Source: Curvularia clavata
Lineage: Eukaryota
Direction of reading: 5' to 3'
DNA: 64,000 nt
Assembly: GCA_023920165.1 (NCBI GenBank)
Contig: CP089275.1
Span: 4,960,001 to 5,024,000, forward strand
Below, in pieces: positions 25,990-37,762 of this stretch; position 1 is the first letter of the stretch; each line of letters starts with the position of its first letter. A program made the position numbers and the translations under genes. Below the pieces are notes generated by a model that was not told the DNA's origin, ran no database searches, and saw only the letters and a list, made by a program, of their open reading frames with translations.

Positions 25990-26925
25990 GCGGAGGATGA
26001 TAGAAACAAAGGGGTGGAAAAGAAAGCCATATCACGTGATTCATGATCACATGACTGGTGACTAAGCTGAACATCCTCAAGTATATCGATGTCTGTGCCC
26101 ACACGCACTCACCCGGTAGCAAGCATAGTATCTTTCTGTTAGATTCATTTCCCGGTCGGCTTTCATACACCGAATGACGCCTTCATGGCCGGTTTAGTCG
26201 TATTCGGTTGCTTTAATTGCAGCTAGGATCATATGTACATACGCAATTTTATCAAGGATGCTCGGTTGAATTCGATTCGTATCTTTGTCTATCATGCAAC
26301 CGTCGCCAAGTCTACATAATATACGTAAATCGCCGTAGTAGCGTCAACGACCACCAACAGTCGGTACCAGTAAGACGCTTCGTCGAAACTGCTTCAATCG
26401 AACATACCCACCATAGAAACAATTGCCCAGTCACTATGTTTCTCGCAATACATCACACCAGCGGGAACACCTTGCGGGATCCTCCACTATCACTTCTGAT
26501 TGTGGCGTTGTTGCGCCAAGGCCGCGTTTCTTGGCCCGCCCGTCTCATCTCGTCCTTCCCAATCAAGTGTCGTCTGGCCGTGGGCTAGGTGTATTCTCCT
26601 GCCTCATTGAACACACGACCACGCAGCCAAGTCGACCATCATCAATTTCGTCGCCTTCGCCCCAGCCCTTCACCCGGCTACCCGTCACCAACAGCCCACA
26701 GTATGCCTTGAATACCCATCTTTGGTTCCTGAGCGGTGGCGAGCTAGCGATCGCATCCGCAGCTGCCTGTACTGGTTAGACATGGAAGCACAGAGCCACC
26801 CTTGTTCGACATTCCAAGTCGACTTTACAGATATGAACCAGAGTATATAGAGCCATGCGGCGCCGGTTGAATCTCTCACGGCAACCTTCTCATTCTCTGC
26901 TCATCTCTCGTTATCAGCATTCAAG

Positions 26926-28554
26926 ATGAGGTTCGTTCCCTTCCTTGCGCTCGCTGCGCCTGTCCTTGCTCAGCAGCTTGATGCGCAGCCCAAGCCACCA
27001 GGCAAGCCTGAGACTCCCAGCAAGCCTGTTACTCCAGGAAAACCTGTAACTCCCGACAAGCCTGTGAAGCCGGGAAAGCCCCTGAAGCCCGGGAAGCCAC
27101 AGAAGCCTAAGAAGCTCGTCACCCCCAAGGATCTGATCAACGACATCAAGCTTGAGGATCTGCTCGCGGGCTCCCAACAACTTCAGACCTTTGCCGATGA
27201 AGCTGGTGGTAACCGTGCTTTTGGTGGCACCGGTCACAACGCCACTACTGAGTGGTTGTACCAGACTTTGTTGGACACTGGCTACTACAACGTGTACAAG
27301 CAACCTTTTGTTGAGCTGTTCACTGCTGCCACTACCAAATTCACTGCCGCTGGTGAAGAGATTCCAGCTTCTTACATGACCTTTGGTCCCTCCGCCGACG
27401 TCACGGCCAACATTGTCAAAGTCAACAACCTGGGATGTGCCGACGCGGACTACCCTGCTGCGGTTTCCGGTTCACTAGCCCTCATCTCCCGAGGCACTTG
27501 TCCTTTTGCTGACAAGGCCACAAAAGCAAAGGCAGCTGGCGCCCTTGGAGCCTTGATCTACAACAATGAGCCAGAGCAGGCCCTTTCTGGTACGCTTGGT
27601 GGCGAGGGCAATTATGCCCCGGCTGTTGGCATCACCAAAGAAGCTGGAGAAGCTCTCGTTGCCAAGCTCGGCAATGGTACTACCATCGAGGCAACTCTCT
27701 TCATCGATGCCATTCGGGAAAACCGCACCAACTACAACGTCATTGCCGAGACTAAGGAGGGCGACCACAACAATGTCCTCATGATTGGTGGTCACACCGA
27801 CTCCGTCTTCGCCGGCCCTGGTATTAACGACGATGGATCCGGTACCATTGGCACTCTTGTCGCGGGTCTTGCCCTCACGAAATACAAGATCAAGAACGCT
27901 GTCCGCCTTGGTTTCTGGGGCGCTGAGGAGTTTGGCAAGCTTGGATCTTTCTACTACATGAAGACCATCAACGGCAGTCTTGGTGGCAGCACTGAGGAGG
28001 CCAACAAGATCCGTGCCTACCTTAACTTCGACATGATTGCTTCTCCCAACTACGTCCTCGGTATCTACGATGGTGATGGCAGCGCGTTCAACTTCTCCGG
28101 CGCCGCTGGCTCCGACACCATCGAGCGTGACTTTGAGAAGTTCTACGAGGAGCGCGGTCTTCCCCACGTCCCCTCCCTCTTCACCCTCCGCTCCGACTAC
28201 GCTGCTTTCCTCGAGAATGGCATTCCCTCCGGAGGTCTCTTCACCGGTGCTGAGGTCCTCAAGACCGCTGAGGAGGCTCAGCTCTTTGGCGGTGAGGCCG
28301 GCAAGCCTCTCGATGGATGCTACCACCAGGCCTGCGACGACATCAACAACCTTGCTCACGACGCTTACCTCCTCAACACCCAGAGCATTGCCAACTCCGT
28401 TGCCAAGTATGCCGTCTCGTTCGAGGGTATCCCGAAGGCTAATGCCACGCTCCGCAAGCGCGGTGCTGAGTCGGCTAGGTTCATGAGCAGGTTCGATCAC
28501 GGTGGCCATGAGCACCTGGGTCAGCCCTGCGGTGCTGGAAAGCACGCCATCTAA
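26926..28554 (+). CDS. Secreted aminopeptidase Y / leucine aminopeptidase (M28 with PA domain)
   Basis: Signal peptide; PA domain (ISRGTCPF, ALIYNN); M28 motifs GGHTDSV, GINDDGSG, WGAEEFG, NFDMIASPN, RSDY, CYHQACD. Confidence 0.93.
   Translation: MRFVPFLALAAPVLAQQLDAQPKPPGKPETPSKPVTPGKPVTPDKPVKPGKPLKPGKPQKPKKLVTPKDLINDIKLEDLLAGSQQLQTFADEAGGNRAFGGTGHNATTEWLYQTLLDTGYYNVYKQPFVELFTAATTKFTAAGEEIPASYMTFGPSADVTANIVKVNNLGCADADYPAAVSGSLALISRGTCPFADKATKAKAAGALGALIYNNEPEQALSGTLGGEGNYAPAVGITKEAGEALVAKLGNGTTIEATLFIDAIRENRTNYNVIAETKEGDHNNVLMIGGHTDSVFAGPGINDDGSGTIGTLVAGLALTKYKIKNAVRLGFWGAEEFGKLGSFYYMKTINGSLGGSTEEANKIRAYLNFDMIASPNYVLGIYDGDGSAFNFSGAAGSDTIERDFEKFYEERGLPHVPSLFTLRSDYAAFLENGIPSGGLFTGAEVLKTAEEAQLFGGEAGKPLDGCYHQACDDINNLAHDAYLLNTQSIANSVAKYAVSFEGIPKANATLRKRGAESARFMSRFDHGGHEHLGQPCGAGKHAI
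26989..27113 (+). repeat. Coding 18-bp tandem repeat (P[G/S/D]KPxx) in the aminopeptidase N-terminus
   Basis: PGKPETPSKPVTPGKPVTPDKPVKPGKPLKPGKPQKP. Confidence 0.85.
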
Positions 28555-29282
28555 GTGATGAAAAGGGAAAATGATGAGATGATACCATGAGAAAATTACG
28601 TTGTAGATGTACACAGAAATAATACCTTTATTTGTTCAATTAGTCTGAATTGCTTAACAGTGACGTCGGTGCCGAGGTTTTGAATATTGTGAGATTACGT
28701 ATTTGTCACATGTCTTTAATGTTGGCATTTACGACCATTTGTAAACGAGTGTGCTGATGTGATGTGGATCACCACAGGATTGCTGGAGTGCTTTTGACAT
28801 CCGGTCCTTTGTCGATTAAAAAAACTACCATCATCCTTGGTCCAGTGTTTTTCCTCAGCAAACCTCCTACCCAAATGAGATTGAAGACGCCTTTATATGC
28901 AACATTGTCCTCTCTCTCGTCATTGTGTGTGGGCTATGGAATCTTTCAGCGAAGCAAGTGCATTAGGAGCAGTTCGGACAAGCTTTCTTGGACTTCTGAA
29001 CTAATGCACCATGCGCAAGCATGCGAACCCGACTATATCTACCCAACGAGAGGGGCAAGCAGGGGGTGGAAATGCAGAAGTAGGGAAAGCGTGGATACCT
29101 TGATGGCGGACACGTACGTTCGCCTCACCACCACGTTCTCTTTCGGCACTTCGCCATAAAAAGATTCAAGAAGAAACAAATGATCTAATAGTCTATGGTA
29201 ACAAGTAAAGTACAAATAAAATGAACAAAACGACTCTTATACCAAACTCCCCCTTTGCACCCCTCTACACCCCTCTACGCCC

Positions 29283-30470
29283 CTAACATCCACATTCCCC
29301 CTCACCCCAACTCGCCCTACACAACACACACGTCGTACCCCCACCTCCCTCAGCACAATGCTCTTCCCAAACCCTAAAACAAACTCTATGCACACTTTTT
29401 CCACACCCCTCCTTACACCACACCAGCCCCCCTTCCTCTCCTTCCAACTCCTCATAACAAATCCCACATTCCCCTTCCACCTCCCTGCGCGGTACGTGCA
29501 AACACCCCTGGCATTCACACTCATCAACCCAGTCTGCGCGACACATGACGCATGTGGGGGACCGGCCATCGCTAGTGCGTTGTTGTGCCCAGCGTGAGAA
29601 ACAAGATTTGTGGAGGGACTGGCCGCAGGAGGATTTGCACCAGGTGAGGGAGGAGGGGGGCAAGGCGGAGAGCTCGGGACCGGATTGGCAGACGGGGCAT
29701 TGGGTGGAGAGGGGGAGGCGGCGGGCGTGTGGGGTCGTGCAGGGGGTCGTTGTTCGTGAGGGGGAGGTGGATGTAGGCGATGGGGGCTCTGAGGATGAGG
29801 ATGAGGATGGGGCTGCTGAGGTTGCTGGTGTGCTAGGCCGTGAGTTGGTTGTTGCAACACGACGAGGTGATTGTGTGGTGTCGCTGGATGATGGCGTTCT
29901 TGGGGCAACACTGGAAGAAGGTGTGGAAGAGCGGGAGGATGAAGAGGATGAAGAAGACACTGAGTTGACAGAACTCGAGCCGGTTGTCGCTGTGGAGCGT
30001 CGTGAGAGCGCCAGTGAAGATATGTCGGAGGTGGAAGTACGAGTGACGGGCGGCGGCCGGACTGAAGCCTGACGGCTATTCGATACGCGCTCTATATATT
30101 CTTGTGCAGACGCTCGACGTGGTTCTGAGCGAACGGTTCTTGGATAAGCTGTACGTATCTTTTTGATCCATTTCTCCACCAAAGCTTCCGCCTGGTCTTG
30201 ATGGTTGCGTATACATAGTCCATATCCAGCGAGTTCCATGAGGTCATCTCGTAATCGCTCAGGGTTTGGTGTTTTTTTCGAAATATAATCCAGCTTTGAG
30301 CTGAAATTGGTTCTGTTCATATAGTTGATAGGATTATGGCATTCGCGTCGCTTAGAATAAGCATAGCCAATGCATCGGCCGTCCTCGCAGAGGCTTAGGA
30401 CGTCGACTGGGGACCACAGCTGTAGGTTGTGGCGACCAGGTGAATGGTGCCTCTGAGTATTTGAAGGCAT
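29283..30470 (-). CDS. Protein with two C-terminal RING-like zinc fingers, a Ser/Thr-rich linker and an N-terminal Cys/His domain
   Basis: CPVC...WCKSSCGQSLHKSC...CVMCRADW and CGIC...WCKEGCGKSVHRVC...CVLCRASW. Confidence 0.8.
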   Translation of the reverse strand: MPSNTQRHHSPGRHNLQLWSPVDVLSLCEDGRCIGYAYSKRRECHNPINYMNRTNFSSKLDYISKKTPNPERLRDDLMELAGYGLCIRNHQDQAEALVEKWIKKIRTAYPRTVRSEPRRASAQEYIERVSNSRQASVRPPPVTRTSTSDISSLALSRRSTATTGSSSVNSVSSSSSSSSRSSTPSSSVAPRTPSSSDTTQSPRRVATTNSRPSTPATSAAPSSSSSSEPPSPTSTSPSRTTTPCTTPHARRLPLSTQCPVCQSGPELSALPPSSLTWCKSSCGQSLHKSCFSRWAQQRTSDGRSPTCVMCRADWVDECECQGCLHVPRREVEGECGICYEELEGEEGGLVWCKEGCGKSVHRVCFRVWEEHCAEGGGGTTCVLCRASWGEGECGC

Positions 30471-31066
30471 TGTAAGCAAAATTTTGCAGAAAAAATGTAG
30501 ATGTGTAGTAGATGAGTAGTAGATGAGTAGCAAAGTATCGAACGCTCATTCACGCAGCATCTCTTGAATTATAGTCACGAGCGACCTCCATCATGTGTTC
30601 ACCCCACACTTTCGTAGTTGGTGGCGTACTGCACCATTTTCCTCAACAGCCACACAATTCATGCGATGTGGCTATGTGGTGTCTAGTGAATGCCGGCAGA
30701 ACGAGCCTAGCGTTCAGCCTTGCGAAATGGTATTGGAGAGGTGCCGTTAGAAGGATCGCGTCACTCAAATCTTTGAACAGGTGTTGCGAGGCTGTGCGCT
30801 TCCGCGTTAATGCATGTAGCCTAGAGCAAGGTGTGCTGTGTTGTTGAGGGGCTGAATTGCGGCGTGGTTATCACGTGCAGGCCTCCGATACATTGAATGT
30901 TTCTGGCTTGTCGCCAGGCGTGTGCATTCATTGGTCTAAATCACGGCCTTTACCAAACTGAAAGATGTCCGCCGAAAGTTTAGGGTATTTCGGCGTGGGG
31001 GAGTCTTGGGTGTTACGTGGCAAAGGAAGACATCGATTTCTTATTGCTCAACACTGCGGACTTGTA

Positions 31067-32410
31067 CTACCGTGTTGCGACGCTTTTTGCGTCATTCATA
31101 ATTTCTGTCGCCTGTGCCATGTCTTCGAGGATGTTGTGATCCCAGATCCAACTCATCCTGGTCACTGCATTCTGTTTGAGAGTCTCGAGATTGTCTCCCA
31201 CTCCGTCTCCTTCCAATTCCCACAACATTCCGGCTTCGCGACTCGTCTTGACTAATTTCTGACTGCGCGGTCTTCTCACCGTATCATATGCGTGAAAAGC
31301 CTTCTGAATCTCATCCTTCGTGTTGCACCGTGAAAGCAGTTCGGAAAGGACGTAGGCATCTTCAACACCCATTCCAGCCCCAGCCCCTTGATGAGGTGTC
31401 GAAGCATGGGCTGCGTCACCGACAAGACAGATAAGTGGCTTGGCCGAGTAGTAAGTAGATGCAGGGGGATGATCAAATAGCGCCCATATGTCAGGCTTCT
31501 GCAGGCTATCCATGACGGCGCTTATGGTGGGACTCCAGTGTTTGTAGTCATTCAGCAGGTCCTCATGGGATGTTTGTACTACCCATTCTGGCTTATCCCA
31601 TGTGGGACGGGAAGAAAAGGCTACCACTATGAACATGTTAGCACAGTGCGCTCAGTACGAGACCCATAACCTACCATTTAAAATCGTCCCATTTGCAATA
31701 GGAAATGTGAGTACATGTCCTCCATAGCCCATGTACAATTGCGGCGTCTCTGGTATGCCTTGACCCATTATCTCGACAGCCTTGGTCATGGGTATCAGCC
31801 CACGGTACGCGTACTTCCCAGAAAATACCGCTTTTGATGCCTCAGAGTCGCCTAGGAGGATGGACCGCGTGCGCGACTTGATTCCATCGCATCCCAGTAT
31901 CGCGTTATGCTGCGCCTTGGATCCATCGGCAAAGTGGAGGACTACGTCACCTGATCCATCCTCTGCCTCTGTGATGTCACGGAGTCTTTTCTTGAATTGT
32001 GCAATGCCTTCAGGGACGAGTTTGATCAGTTCATCCAAGAAGTGCGCCCGGTGCACTCCACCTCTGGGGCCTTTCCTGGCTGGCATGACAAATACTTCCT
32101 CACCCAATGCGACGTCCTTCTTCCGCTCGTCGCCAACTCTTACAGTGAACCATCGAGGGGGCTCTATGACGGTATTTCCCTGAGTGCACTTTTCGAATGC
32201 AGCAGCAATACGTGGATCGATAAATCCCATGGTGCGAACCATGACTGGCTCAAAGCCAACCCCTGCGCCTATCTCCCCAAACGCGCTGGCAGACTCATAA
32301 AGTGTTACGCGGATGTGAGGGCATTTCGTGAGCATGGCAATCGTCAGCGTGAGGCCTGATATGCCGCCCCCTACTATCGCAATATTCAGCGTGGTCGTTT
32401 CAGCCGCCAT
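31067..32410 (-). CDS. FAD-dependent monooxygenase, salicylate hydroxylase-like
   Basis: IAIVGGGISG, EIGAG, HRAHFLD, GCDGIKS, LVGDAAHASTPHQGAGAG; one intron at about 31629-31675. Confidence 0.9.
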
Positions 32411-32925
32411 GATGCTAATTTGCGGGTAACCCTTGAACGACGGTACGGGAATTGGGGAAGTGGATGGAAGACGCCAGTGAGATCGAAATATTAACGCGAA
32501 CAATATCTGACATTGCAGATCCGCGCGGAATAACAAATAGCAATGCAGGTATTAAGCGATCTCGTTTTGGCGCTTACTGTGTACATGGGAGTTATGTGGA
32601 GCTTACAGGCAGAGTCAGGCACCCTATCGTAGACGGCACGCTCTGCATGTAGATATTGCTGTCTAACCTTCTGAGGGTCCAGAGACAATGCGCTAAATTA
32701 GCGCTGTCACGAACAAGCACCGGGATGAACCCGCAACTACATCCTGACATCGGCTGGATCCGAGCCGTAAACATTCGTGTCCGAAAGTTTATAATTCGGA
32801 CAGTTCGGGTCCAGGTATCTTATTTCATTAAGTTGAAATGTCTCACAATACACCAGCTCTCGCTGATAATGGAAACACTAGACGTAACTGTTTCTATTTC
32901 TATTTCTATTACGCAATGTTAGACA

Positions 32926-34220
32926 TTATTCTCGGATAACCTTTACGTCTGTAGTGACAGTTATCCCTTGGTACTCTAAAGTGTCGCTTGCGCTATCAGT
33001 ACTCCGAGGCCTACTTGTCGTGATGTGAGCCACCGTCTTTGTGCCGTCCATGATGTGCTCCTGGCTCTCGCTGGGGCTCACATCCTCATACGTGTCTAGT
33101 CGCCCCTTGTTGCTCTTGACATTACCCATAACAAAGGAATGGTTGGGATCCGCACCCGAACGACCTCTTGATGCACCGAGCCCATGAGCACTGGGCCTGC
33201 TGTTGCCATATTGCTGATATGCCCCGCTGGTTCCTTTCTTACTCCTCCATTTTTTGGGCCACAGCGCTGCCACACTTTTGCGCAGACTGATCAGACATGC
33301 GCATATGACGCCAGTCGCAGCTTCGATGAAGCTCCACAGGTTCGTGGGTGCAGATTCCCAGGTGGGCTCTTTGGTTCCGAGGGTTAACGGCAGCGTTCCC
33401 ATGCGGAGGGCGGTCGTCAGGCAAATGAAGAAACCCATGGAGAAGAGGACCACGAGACCAACTCGACTTCCGACAGACATGTTAAGACGTACGATGACTG
33501 GCATGGGAAGAATGAAGATTGCGATGTCAGTTATAAGATTAGTGATTGCGTTAGACCAGCTACAGAGATCGTCAGCGCTGATCATGAACAAATTTAGCAT
33601 GGTACTTACCGGTGTCCGAAGAAGCTGATACAGTGCCCTGGAATCGATCGATCATAGACGCGGGGTATCGGCGTACATTGGAAGATCACCACAAATATAT
33701 ATGATATTGTCCAGCCCACAGATAGAGCAAAAAAGATCTTGCAGACAAGCCGGAAGCGCGGCATGGGAAACACGCGGTAGTATAGGGCAATGAAAGCCAT
33801 CTTGTTGAAGCCGTTCGTCAGAGTGTAGAAGACTTGGGTAAGCCAGAAAAACTACGTTCAACATGTCAGCGTGGCAGTGATGGCAACATGGTCCGTTCGA
33901 CTGACCTTCATCGCTTCCTTTATGTTGCCACCAGTTCTTTTGATGTCTACGACACGCATACCAAATCCGTGAATTGTGGCCATGTAGACACATACGGCGA
34001 AGATAATCAGCCAGACCTGTTCTGCGTCAATGTCTGTCTATGATATTCGTAAGTGAGCACTTACGGTTGATGCAATGACGAGAACATCTTCCACTCCCAA
34101 CCAACCCCTATTCTTGATGGTAATGGATATGCGAGACGCCAGAAGTATGACGGCAATGGCGGTCAAGGTCACGGAAACCCATCGCAAGTCGTGCTGCTCG
34201 CCAGGATAGGCGCTGTACAT
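32926..34220 (-). CDS. PTH11-like integral membrane protein (fungal rhodopsin-like GPCR domain, no CFEM)
   Basis: LGVED, IFQCTPI, TDIAIFILPMP, WSFIEAATGVICACL motifs; three canonical introns. Confidence 0.88.
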
Positions 34221-35646
34221 TTTCGCGTGAGCACAGAATTTTTGACAGACAACCGGCTCAAGAACATACAGAGATCGACCGAGCCAGAAGTCATTACGGT
34301 AGACTTATAGCAGATCCTCTGTTTTTCATTGACAGCCATGCCTGCGACGCCCAGGTTCGGCCTATGGTATCTTGTTTGAGCCTTACCGTCTGTGCTTTTG
34401 GTACTTCGTACTCCCCTGTTATGCATGATGGTACATGGCATAGCCTCTCCAGCGCAAAGGGCCTACGGCTGTGATTCCACTTCCGCGTTGCGCCTTTTCA
34501 GCCACAAATACACCACTGACGCATACCCGCGCCGAACGAACTTTCTGACCGGGAATTCTTTCATTTCAGCACCTAGAAAAGAGAATTTTCCAACATGTGC
34601 AACTTGACAAGAAACAGTGATGGTTTTCGGATGCAATTATCCCGCAGTTCGATACCCACATTTACAGCCTCTGAAGGATCGCCTTGATCTAATGGCAGGC
34701 TTCGAAGAAAGGCCGAGCGGCCTTATACCAGCTTGGCTACACCACTTGTTGCGGGTTTCGCAATGGTTTTGTAGTCCGGAGCGGGCCCCAGCACATATTT
34801 CGCCGAATACGAGATTAAGCAGTTCGGCCCTTGCATCCGCACGGTGGCGTGGTTCGGTTCTGCAGAATTGAGGCTCAGAGCACGAGATCCTTCGAGAGGA
34901 CGGTGACAGTCTTCTTATGTTGTCGAGAGGGATATTCCTACAGGAACAAATAAGACTGGGGCGGCTTACTGCTCGCGCGGAGAATTTCAAGAATTGATCA
35001 ATGGTATTGGGGCGTGGCTAAACTTTCTACCCGGCCCGTCGCGTGGGGAACAACAAGCCGCTCCCGTCGGATGGGAGAATTAAGCCCGACCCGCACATCT
35101 GGCGATTATCAAGGTTTCTTTTGCACTAACGCCAGAGAAGTACGATATGCCGGCATTTTTCAACAGCGATTGGTCCACGACATGCCAGGTCGGTTAACGG
35201 TCGTAAATCAACGTGGTAGACAGAGGTCCAGGCCTCACATCATTAAGTCTCGCCCACCTCGAAGACCAGGGGGGCATTAGAAGTGGCTTCATATTACACC
35301 AATAGCGAATAACAGTAGAGAAATCTTGGGTCCAGGATGGCTGTAGACCCTTTTCCGGAACGCCTTATTGTCACCCCATTTTGCAACGCTTGGGGGTATT
35401 TCGGAGCTTCTGGAACAAAACGCTATCTCAATCCATCCTGTGTCCCGTCTGCATCTCGCTTGGAGAGTTTTTTCCTATCATCTCCGCTAAGTGGTTAATG
35501 CCCATGCGGTTGGGATTGGTTATTATTCCCCCCAGACCCCCTGGTCCTTGCTTACGTTGCAGGCCAACCGGTTACTCAAAACGCAGTGCTTTGCCGCCAT
35601 AATCTACCGCTCAACCCCGCCTCAACTCAGCAACTCCCAATTTGCA

Positions 35647-37264
35647 ATGGAGAACTCCAGCTCTGTCGAAAAGGGCGCCTACGTCCAGGATTCAACAGTA
35701 TCTTCTCCCGGTTCGACGGCCGAAGTTACCTTTGACCCTGCTGCTGAACGAAAACTTCTGAGAAAACTCGATCTCAGGATCTTGCCTGTGCTATGGATTC
35801 TTTATCTGGTGAACTTCATCGACCGGTAAGAAGAATTGCATCGTCTTCCAAGTGGAGAGCTGACGGGGTTTACAGAGCAAACATCGGAAATGCCAAGATC
35901 GCGGGTATGGAGAAGGAGCTGAACCTTATCGGTCAGCGCTTCAATATCAGTGTATGGGTCTTTAATCTTGGATACCTTGTCGCAGGAGTCCCACTCCAGA
36001 TTGCGTTCAAGAAGTATGGACCAAAAACTTTGTGCATCATGATGCTCTGTTGGGGCGTCACAGTCATTGGATCTGGACTGGTGAAGCGATGGGAACAACT
36101 GGTTGTTTGCCGTCTGCTCACAGGTATCGCTGAAGCAGCCTTCATATCTGGTTCCGCCTATCTTATTGGCGCTTACTACTCGAAGCGCGAGTACCTCTCA
36201 CGATATGTTTACTTTCTTACTGCTGGTATCATTGCTGGTGCTATCAACGGGTTCCTCTCGTCACTTATTTCGAAAATGAGCGGCACAGCTGGCTACGCAG
36301 CGTGGAGATGGTGAGTTTTGCATCTCACATAGTTCAGAGCGCTAGTTGCTAACTTGGAAAAGGATTTTCATCATCGAAGGCTGCGTGACAATCTTCATTA
36401 GCATTGTTTGCTTCCCCTTTGTCCCACCGTTCCCGGAAAACTGCAACTTCCTGTCGCCCGAAGAAAAGGCACTCATGCTCGCACGTGTGAAGGCTGACGG
36501 AGGCCATGTTTCCGACGACGAAATTACACTCAAGAAGGCTCTCGAGTACCTGAAAGACTGGAAAATTTGGACCGGGTAGGTGGCTTGCTGTTCTTTCGGA
36601 TAGACGTCGATGCTAACAACGCGGCAGTGTCGCTATGAATCTTGGTGTCACTGAAAATGCCAACTCTCTCGCAAACTTCCAGCCGACTATCCTCAAAGGT
36701 CTCGGCTACACAGCTATACAGGCTCAGGTTCACACAATTCCTGTGTACCTTGTTGGTGCCGTCTTTTCCGTCATATTTGCGTACATGAGTGAGAGGCTGC
36801 ATCGCCGCTACCTCTTCTACATGTTTGGTTGGGCCGTTCTTGCAGCAGGTCTTATCGTTGAGATTGCGCACCCATCCAACCCCAAGGTACGATACATGGG
36901 CATGTTCTTTATCGCATGCGGCTGCTACCTTGCCATGCCAATTTCCATCATCTGGGTCTCCATGAACTGCGGAAGCGGATACAAGCGTGCTGTGGCGATT
37001 GCAGCAATCATCAATTTCGGTACTGCAGGTGCCTTCGTTAGCTCTAACGTCTTTCTCTTCAAAGAGGCTCCCAGGTTTCGTACTGGCTTCAGCACGGGCC
37101 TGGGTTTAGCCTGTATGGGAGCTGTCGCCGCGACCATTACATGGTACGGATGCAAGAAGGAAAACAAGAAACGGGACCAACGAAGGCTGGAGCTGCCCGA
37201 GGTTCTCGATCAAAGCATGAAAGAATTGGGCGACGATCACCCAGACTTCCGCTTTGCCCTCTAA
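35647..37264 (+). CDS. MFS transporter (ACS/allantoate-nicotinate family)
   Basis: ERKLLRKLDLRILP, DRANIGNAKIAG, WRWIFIIEG, AQVHTIPVY, HPDFRFAL; three canonical introns. Confidence 0.92.
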
Positions 37265-37762
37265 ATCTCTATGAAGATAGTCGCTACTCTGTACATAAAC
37301 TCTCCCGCTTGATGCGTTAATCCAATATAGACCTGATAGATCGCAATAACAGCCTTTCACACTCACAGCTCATTGTCACGATCAACCCTTTAGGACAAGG
37401 AATCAAAAGGGAACTTTTGAATATGCCGCAGTTTCTTGGCACACCCCTGGAAACTAACGGACTCTTTTCGCCCAGTACGCCGTCGAAACTCTCAGCAAAC
37501 TGCTCATTAAAGGGGCTCATACATGGGCACAGTTTCATATAGAGGTGCATTATCTTTGTGACAATATCACACTCATGAAGCCTGTTGACACTGGACATTA
37601 AAGAGAACGGAGGTCAACGACGGAAAAGGAAGGACGCAACAGATATGTTATAATGAACAAAAACCTTGATAAGCATCCACGATGCATTGACAACGCCAAT
37701 GTCAGTATTATGATAACACAAGATGATTGTACGCACTGCCGAGTACACACCATAATCTGCCT

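Noticed and set aside
27475..28614. 379-aa antisense ORF over the aminopeptidase
   Set aside because: Shadow of strongly C-ending codon usage on the sense strand
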